Assembly (NCBI GenBank): GCA_036481345.1
Contig: JAZGHU010000015.1
Span: 3,315-67,314 of the forward strand
Direction of reading: 5' to 3'
Source of the DNA: Candidatus Woesearchaeota archaeon
Lineage (GTDB): Archaea; Nanobdellota; Nanobdellia; Woesearchaeales; WJKL01
DNA: 64,000 nt
The number at the start of each line of letters is the position of its first letter. Positions within the stretch are counted from its first letter, which is position 1. Below, piece after piece: positions 58,663 to 64,000 of this stretch. The notes under the pieces are model-generated. The model made no database searches. It was not told where the DNA came from and worked only from the letters and a program-made list of their open reading frames with translations. The position numbers and the translations under genes are program-made.

Positions 58663-61305
58663 ATGGCAGACTTCAAAAAGATACAAGCCAAATGGCAGAA
58701 AAAATGGGCAGAGAAAAAAGTCTTTAAGGTAAAAGAAGATCCAAAGATGCCTAAGTATTACTGTTTAGAGATGTTTCCATATCCTTCTGGAAGTGGGCTA
58801 CATATGGGGCATGCTTTTAATTATTCTATTGGGGATAGTTATGCTAGATTCAAGAGGATGAGTGGATTTAATGTTCTTTATCCAATGGGTTATGATAGTT
58901 TTGGATTGCCTGCTGAGAATGCTGCTATCAAAGCTAAGATTCATCCAAGAAAACATACTGAGAAAACAATTAAAAGATTTATAGAACAGCAGAAAGAGCT
59001 TGGATTAAGTTATGATTGGGATAGAATGCTTAGTACTTGCGAGCCTGAATATTATAAATGGAATCAATATTTCTTTTTGAAATTTATGGAAAAAGGATTG
59101 GTATACAGGAAAGAAGCTCCTGTTAATTGGTGTCCTAAATGCAAGACTGTTTTGGCTAATGAGCAGGTGCATGATGGAAAGTGCTGGAGACATGAAGATA
59201 CTGAAGTTGACCAGAAGATGTTAGAACAATGGTTTATCAAGACAACAGAATATGCTGATGAATTGTTTGAAGATATTCCTAAACTGCAATGGCCTGATAG
59301 AATTAAGACTATGCAGAAGAACTGGATTGGTAAAAGTCATGGGCTTATGGAAGAATGGCCAGTAGAAGGGATGAATTTGAAGTTGAAAACATTTACAACA
59401 GAGCCACACACTACTTATGGTGCTTCTTTTATGGTCTTAGCTCCTGAACATCCTCTTGTTTTAGAATTAGTAAAAGGCACTAAATATGAAAAAGAAGCTA
59501 AAAATTTCATAAAAAAGTGTAAACGTTTTAGAATCGAAGATCCAACAAATACAGAAAAACAAAAAGAAGGATTTTTCATAGGAAAATATGTTTTGAATCA
59601 TCTAAATAGAAGAAAAATGCCCCTTTATATTGCTAATTTTGCAATTATGGATTATGGAACTGGCATTGTAAAATGTACTCCTACACATGATCAAAGAGAT
59701 TATGAATTTGCAAAGAAATATGATTTAGGATTCTATCCTGTTATTGAACCACCAAATGAAAAACTAGATCCAAAGAAAATGAAACAGGCTTATACTGATC
59801 TAACTGTTGGAAAAATGGTTGATGCTGGAAAATTTACAGGTATGGATGCTAAAGAAGCAAAAATAGCTGTTGCAGATTATACTGTTAAGATAGGACATGG
59901 AGAGAAGACAGTTAATTACAAATTAAGAGATTGGCTTGTTTCAAGACAGAGATATTGGGGAACTCCAATTCCTGTTATTCATTGTGCAAAATGTGGGTTA
60001 GTCCCTGTTTCTGAAAAAGATCTTCCTATATTGTTGCCAGAGAAAGTTAAATTTGGAGAAGGCAATCCATTGCTTTCTAGCAAAGAATTTGTTGAGGTTA
60101 AATGTCCTACGTGTAAAGGAGATGCAAGAAGAGAGACAGATACAATGGATACTTTTTATGATTCTTCATGGTATTTCTTAAGATATTGTGATAACAAGAA
60201 TAAGAAAGCTCCTTTTGACAAGAAGAAAGTAAAGTACTGGATGCCTGTTGACCAATATATTGGAGGAGCAGAGCATGCTTGCATGCATCTTATCTATGCA
60301 AGATTTTTTACAAAAGCTTTGAGAGATTTGAAATATGTGAATTTTGATGAACCTTTTACTAAATTGTTTAATCAAGGCATGCTGCATGGTGATGATGGGC
60401 ATGTTATGAGCAAGTCAAGGGGGAACGTTGTATTGCCTGAAGAAGTTGGTGATAAATATGGAATTGATACTGCAAGATTCTTTTTGATGAGCATTGCTTC
60501 TCCTGATAAAGACCTGGAATGGAGCGATCAAGGAATAGAAGGCAGTGCAAGATTCATGAAAAGATTATTTGCTTATTTTGATTCAGTAAAGATTGGCAAA
60601 TCTTCGAAGAAAGTTGAGAGCAAACTAAACAAAGCAATAAAAGGAGTAACAGAAGATATTGAAGAATTTAGATATAATCTTGCAATCATAAAGATAAGAG
60701 AATTATTTGATGCTCTTGAAGAAGAAGTGAGCAAAAAGACTCTTGAAAATTTCTTAAAGTTATTACATCCTTTCTGTCCACATTTTACAGAAGAGTTTTG
60801 GGAAAAGATAGGAAATAAACCTTTTATTACATTGGCTGGCTGGCCAAAGTATGATGAATCAAAGATTGATCTGAAAGCAGAAGAGATTGAGAAATTTATT
60901 GAGGGTGTTGTTGGAGATGTAAGAAGAGTTTTGAAACTTGTCGGGAATGATAAGCCTGAAGAAATTATTTTATTTGTTTCAAATGAATGGAAGTACAAGT
61001 TTATGGATAAGATCAAGCAGGAAATGGAAAAAACAAGGAATATTGGAGAATTGATTAAGAAGACAATGGACAAGAAGCATGGAAAAGATATTTCTGCAAT
61101 GATTCCTAGACTAGTCAAGGATCCTGCTAAGATTCCAGAAATTGTATTGGACCAGAAAACCGAAGTTGATGCTTTGAAAAAGAATTTAACGATATTGAAG
61201 AAAGAATTTGGAACAGAGAATATTGCTGTGTTTACAGCTGATGAGAGTCATGAACCAAAGGCAAAGCAAGCAATGCCTGGCAAGCCTGCTATATTGATAA
61301 AATGA
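58663..61305 (+). CDS. leuS: leucyl-tRNA synthetase, bacterial type
   Basis: HMGH motif embedded in MFPYPSG.LHMGHAFNYSIGD...YPMGYDSFGLPAEN, together with KMSKS (VMSKS). This N-terminal pattern is typical of bacterial rather than archaeal LeuS. Confidence 0.9.
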   Translation: MADFKKIQAKWQKKWAEKKVFKVKEDPKMPKYYCLEMFPYPSGSGLHMGHAFNYSIGDSYARFKRMSGFNVLYPMGYDSFGLPAENAAIKAKIHPRKHTEKTIKRFIEQQKELGLSYDWDRMLSTCEPEYYKWNQYFFLKFMEKGLVYRKEAPVNWCPKCKTVLANEQVHDGKCWRHEDTEVDQKMLEQWFIKTTEYADELFEDIPKLQWPDRIKTMQKNWIGKSHGLMEEWPVEGMNLKLKTFTTEPHTTYGASFMVLAPEHPLVLELVKGTKYEKEAKNFIKKCKRFRIEDPTNTEKQKEGFFIGKYVLNHLNRRKMPLYIANFAIMDYGTGIVKCTPTHDQRDYEFAKKYDLGFYPVIEPPNEKLDPKKMKQAYTDLTVGKMVDAGKFTGMDAKEAKIAVADYTVKIGHGEKTVNYKLRDWLVSRQRYWGTPIPVIHCAKCGLVPVSEKDLPILLPEKVKFGEGNPLLSSKEFVEVKCPTCKGDARRETDTMDTFYDSSWYFLRYCDNKNKKAPFDKKKVKYWMPVDQYIGGAEHACMHLIYARFFTKALRDLKYVNFDEPFTKLFNQGMLHGDDGHVMSKSRGNVVLPEEVGDKYGIDTARFFLMSIASPDKDLEWSDQGIEGSARFMKRLFAYFDSVKIGKSSKKVESKLNKAIKGVTEDIEEFRYNLAIIKIRELFDALEEEVSKKTLENFLKLLHPFCPHFTEEFWEKIGNKPFITLAGWPKYDESKIDLKAEEIEKFIEGVVGDVRRVLKLVGNDKPEEIILFVSNEWKYKFMDKIKQEMEKTRNIGELIKKTMDKKHGKDISAMIPRLVKDPAKIPEIVLDQKTEVDALKKNLTILKKEFGTENIAVFTADESHEPKAKQAMPGKPAILIK

Positions 61306-61721
61306 ATAAAGAAGGAATAAAAAAAAGTCTTAAGAATCCTTATTTTAATTGGGGATTGGTTGTTGCTTATGCTGCATTGATATTTTATATGTCTAGTCTG
61401 CCAAGATTGATTCCTCCAAGTTTAGAAGGAGGATTAATTGATCTGATTGCAAATTATTCTATCCATATTGGATTAGCTCATTTTATTGAATATGCAATCT
61501 TAAGTTTGTTGTTGTTCAGAGCATTGTATGTTAGTAAAGTGAAAAATCCTGCTGTTTATGCTGTTGTTATTGCTATTGTTTATGGAATTACAGATGAATT
61601 TCATCAATTGTTTATTCCAAACAGAATGTTTGATGTAATAGATTTATTTTTCAATACAATCGGAGCAATAGCTGTTCAGTTTATTGGGAAAATTAAAACT
61701 TGGTTAATTGTCATTTCTTAG
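61302..61721 (+). CDS. VanZ-family membrane protein
   Basis: ITDEFHQ.F.P.R conserved VanZ motif, 4 TM. Confidence 0.6.
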   Translation: MNKEGIKKSLKNPYFNWGLVVAYAALIFYMSSLPRLIPPSLEGGLIDLIANYSIHIGLAHFIEYAILSLLLFRALYVSKVKNPAVYAVVIAIVYGITDEFHQLFIPNRMFDVIDLFFNTIGAIAVQFIGKIKTWLIVIS

Positions 61722-63281
61722 AATTAAATTTAACATCTTCTCTGTTGCTTTGACAGCTGCAAATGTCTGGTCTGTTTCAACTCCTTCTGTGTTCAGACTG
61801 TTATCGTCTTTTTTCCAGCCGACAAATGCTTGGGTTAGGGCAGATGTTCTTCCTCCTGGAGGGATGTCGATTCTATAATCAACTAATTCAGGGATCTCTA
61901 TATTTTTTTCTTTGAATATGTATCTTAATGCATTCATAAATGCATCATATTGGCCGTCTCCTTTTGCATTTGCTGTTAATATCTCCCCTTTGTAATCTAG
62001 TTTAACATGTGCTTTTCTTTCTCCATTAAGGTCTGCGTCTATTTTGCATTCCAGGATCCTTAGTGGGACCATTTCAGGCTGTTCAAACAAATCTGCTATC
62101 AAGAATAATAGGTCTGCTTGGGTTATCTGTTCTTTTCTCTGGCCAAGTTCTGCTATTTCATCCCTTAGAGTTTTGATTTGTTCTAGTGTCAAGTCTATTC
62201 CCAGTTCTTTTAGATTCATTTCAATGCTGGCTTTGCCTACGTTTTTGCCTAGAGCGTATCTTGTAGTTTCTTTGCCAAATCTTCCAGGGGCTGTTAGTTT
62301 TGTTTGATAGAGTCCTGCTTTTTTGTCTCCGTCTGCATGAACCCCACAGGTTTGAGTCATTACATTATCCCCCACTATTGGAGCATTGTAAGGAAGTCGT
62401 TTTCCTGAGAATTCTCCTACTAATTCACTGAGTTCTTGATAGCTTAATTCATCTAATTTGAGATCAATATTATACAGGTCTTTTAATACAACAGCGATTT
62501 CTATTAATGAAGTGTTTCCTGTCCTTTCTCCTAGGGTGTTTATTGTTGTGTGGATTCCATTGACTCCTGCAAGAACTGCTTGAACTGTGTTTGCTGTTGC
62601 TAATCCATAATCATTGTGTGCATGGAAATCATATTTTCCTGGAAAGTGCTTTTTTATCTCTTTGATAAATGTGTATGTTTGCTCTGGTGATAAGATTCCT
62701 AATGTATCTGGAAGCATTATTCTTTCTATCCCCTGTTCTTGTATCTCTTTGAGCATATAATAAACATAATCTTTTGAATCTATCATCCCATTTGACCAAT
62801 CTTCTAAATAGACATTGACCTTTATGCCTTTTGATTTTGCATATTGGATTGTTCTTTTGATATCTTCTAGATGCTGCTCTTTTGTTTTCTTTAATTGTTT
62901 TTCTGTGTGTTTTAAAGAGCCCTTGCATAGGAGGTTTGCTGTTCTGCAGCCTGTTTCATAGATCCAATCAATGCTTTGCTCATTAACAAAAGCCAGAACC
63001 TCAATACTTTCTAAATAATTGTTTTCCTTAGCCCAACTGCAGATTGATTTAACTGCTTCGGATTCTTTTGTTGTTGTTCCTGCTGAGGCTATTTCTATTC
63101 TATGGACTCCTAATTCTAACAGCTTTTTAGCAATTGCTAGTTTTTCCTGCTTTGGAAAAGCCACACCTTCTGTTTGTTCCCCATCTCTTAGGGTTGTGTC
63201 AAGTATTTCCATGTAATCTTCCTCTAAGGTGGAAATATTATTTTCTTTATAAAGTGTCGCTATTTTATTTTCTAGTTTCAT
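61704..63281 (-). CDS. 2-isopropylmalate synthase / (R)-citramalate synthase family enzyme (LeuA/CimA)
   Basis: LDTTLRDGEQ, HxH motifs of the DRE-TIM aldolase and a C-terminal LeuA-dimerisation/regulatory domain. Confidence 0.75.
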   Translation of the reverse strand: MKLENKIATLYKENNISTLEEDYMEILDTTLRDGEQTEGVAFPKQEKLAIAKKLLELGVHRIEIASAGTTTKESEAVKSICSWAKENNYLESIEVLAFVNEQSIDWIYETGCRTANLLCKGSLKHTEKQLKKTKEQHLEDIKRTIQYAKSKGIKVNVYLEDWSNGMIDSKDYVYYMLKEIQEQGIERIMLPDTLGILSPEQTYTFIKEIKKHFPGKYDFHAHNDYGLATANTVQAVLAGVNGIHTTINTLGERTGNTSLIEIAVVLKDLYNIDLKLDELSYQELSELVGEFSGKRLPYNAPIVGDNVMTQTCGVHADGDKKAGLYQTKLTAPGRFGKETTRYALGKNVGKASIEMNLKELGIDLTLEQIKTLRDEIAELGQRKEQITQADLLFLIADLFEQPEMVPLRILECKIDADLNGERKAHVKLDYKGEILTANAKGDGQYDAFMNALRYIFKEKNIEIPELVDYRIDIPPGGRTSALTQAFVGWKKDDNSLNTEGVETDQTFAAVKATEKMLNLILRNDN

Positions 63282-63394
63282 ATTAACCTCTCATCTACTA
63301 ATTGAAATTTGCAAGTCCAGAATTAGTAGATTATTGTGGACTTTACAGTATAATAATGATAATAAAAAACGAAATTGTCTTTAATTTCTTAAGC

Positions 63395-63754
63395 TTATTC
63401 CTGGAGGATTTGTTCTGCTTTATCATATCCTTGTGGGACTATGTGGCCTACTAAAAAGTATGGTTTGTCACATATAGTTATATTGCACTCTGCTGTTTTT
63501 ATTTCCTTTCCTGCTTCTTTTGCTCTTTGTTCTAATGATCCATTAGTTGAAGCTTCAATTCTGTCTTCAAATCTTATGTATTTATCTCCTGGATTTAACC
63601 AGTAAGCTATGTTCCTGATTCCATCTTCTGTTGGTTGCTGAAATCTACCTATATAGATATTTTCTTCCATTTTATCTCCTCCATCTTTTATGTAGCAAGG
63701 GTTACAACTAACAAGACAAGCTCCTTCTTCCTCTATTATTTTGCATTGTAACAT
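63395..63754 (-). CDS. hypothetical Cys-containing protein
   Basis: 119 aa, C.VSCNPCY and CNITICD motifs. Confidence 0.25.
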   Translation of the reverse strand: MLQCKIIEEEGACLVSCNPCYIKDGGDKMEENIYIGRFQQPTEDGIRNIAYWLNPGDKYIRFEDRIEASTNGSLEQRAKEAGKEIKTAECNITICDKPYFLVGHIVPQGYDKAEQILQE

Positions 63755-64000
63755 TTTGCTAATATATTTCTAGAACTCTGACAAGAATAAATTTTCATGC
63801 AAAGCCCAGAAACAATATTTTTTTGGCTCTACAGTGCTTTAATAACTAGCACTAAGACTACTAAAATCAGTTTCAATAGTTTTTGTGTACTAGTTTGATT
63901 CATTTTAACGAGTTATGATATAAGGGGTATATAAAGATTATCTTTTTCAGGCGGGGAACATGAAAAGTAGGCAAGCACGCCCTGAAATGGACAAAGACTA

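Noticed and set aside
62629-62928. 99-aa ORF inside the LeuA/CimA gene
   Set aside because: Alternative frame within a strongly supported 525-aa enzyme gene, and rich in Arg/Lys from AT-rich codons.
1-64000. CRISPR arrays, IS elements, integrases or recombinases, toxin-antitoxin pairs
   Set aside because: Scanning found no regularly spaced direct repeats, no transposase or integrase motifs, and no terminal inverted repeats flanking the AT-rich island. None is reported.

Overview
This 64 kb window looks like a low-GC (roughly 30%) archaeal genome segment, probably from a small-genome DPANN-type archaeon. Coordinates 5141-20792 (minus strand) hold an almost complete archaeal S10/spc-type ribosomal protein operon that runs straight through L15 and secY, a DUF106 membrane protein, L34e and L14e. 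No adk or cmk is interspersed. Many of these ribosomal proteins carry Lys/Glu-rich low-complexity tails. A second archaeal translation/transcription block sits at 50611-54703 (plus strand): tRNA-His, S13, S4, S11, rpoD, tRNA-Leu, L18e, L13, S9 and rpoN. Other informational genes are the archaeal pheS/pheT pair, a primase whose PriS catalytic domain is fused to a PriL-type 4-Cys C-terminal domain, and PCNA. Hef helicase-nuclease, gyrA, an RNase J-like nuclease, ScpB, MinD, NAC, an RNase P RNA followed by Sec61-beta, and a bacterial-type leuS are also present. I could support four RNA genes. These are tRNA-Leu(CAA) carrying a 55-nt intron with a C-box motif, tRNA-His(GUG) with a roughly 30-nt insertion in the T-arm, tRNA-Leu(GAG), and RNase P RNA. 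The candidates for novel biology are listed in the next four sentences. First, an extremely AT-rich three-gene island (54713-58571) sits between rpoN and leuS. It encodes a B12-binding radical SAM enzyme, a fusion of a nucleotide-sugar-transferase-like domain to a protein kinase, and an unknown protein. Second, three tandem paralogous small coiled-coil proteins lie next to the intron-containing tRNA-Leu. Third, two paralogous small proteins are translationally coupled upstream of minD. Fourth, a small protein with primase-polymerase-like motifs, a Cys-rich lipoprotein overlapping the hef 3' end, and several degenerate pseudo-enzyme candidates are also present. No CRISPR array, IS element or integrase was seen.
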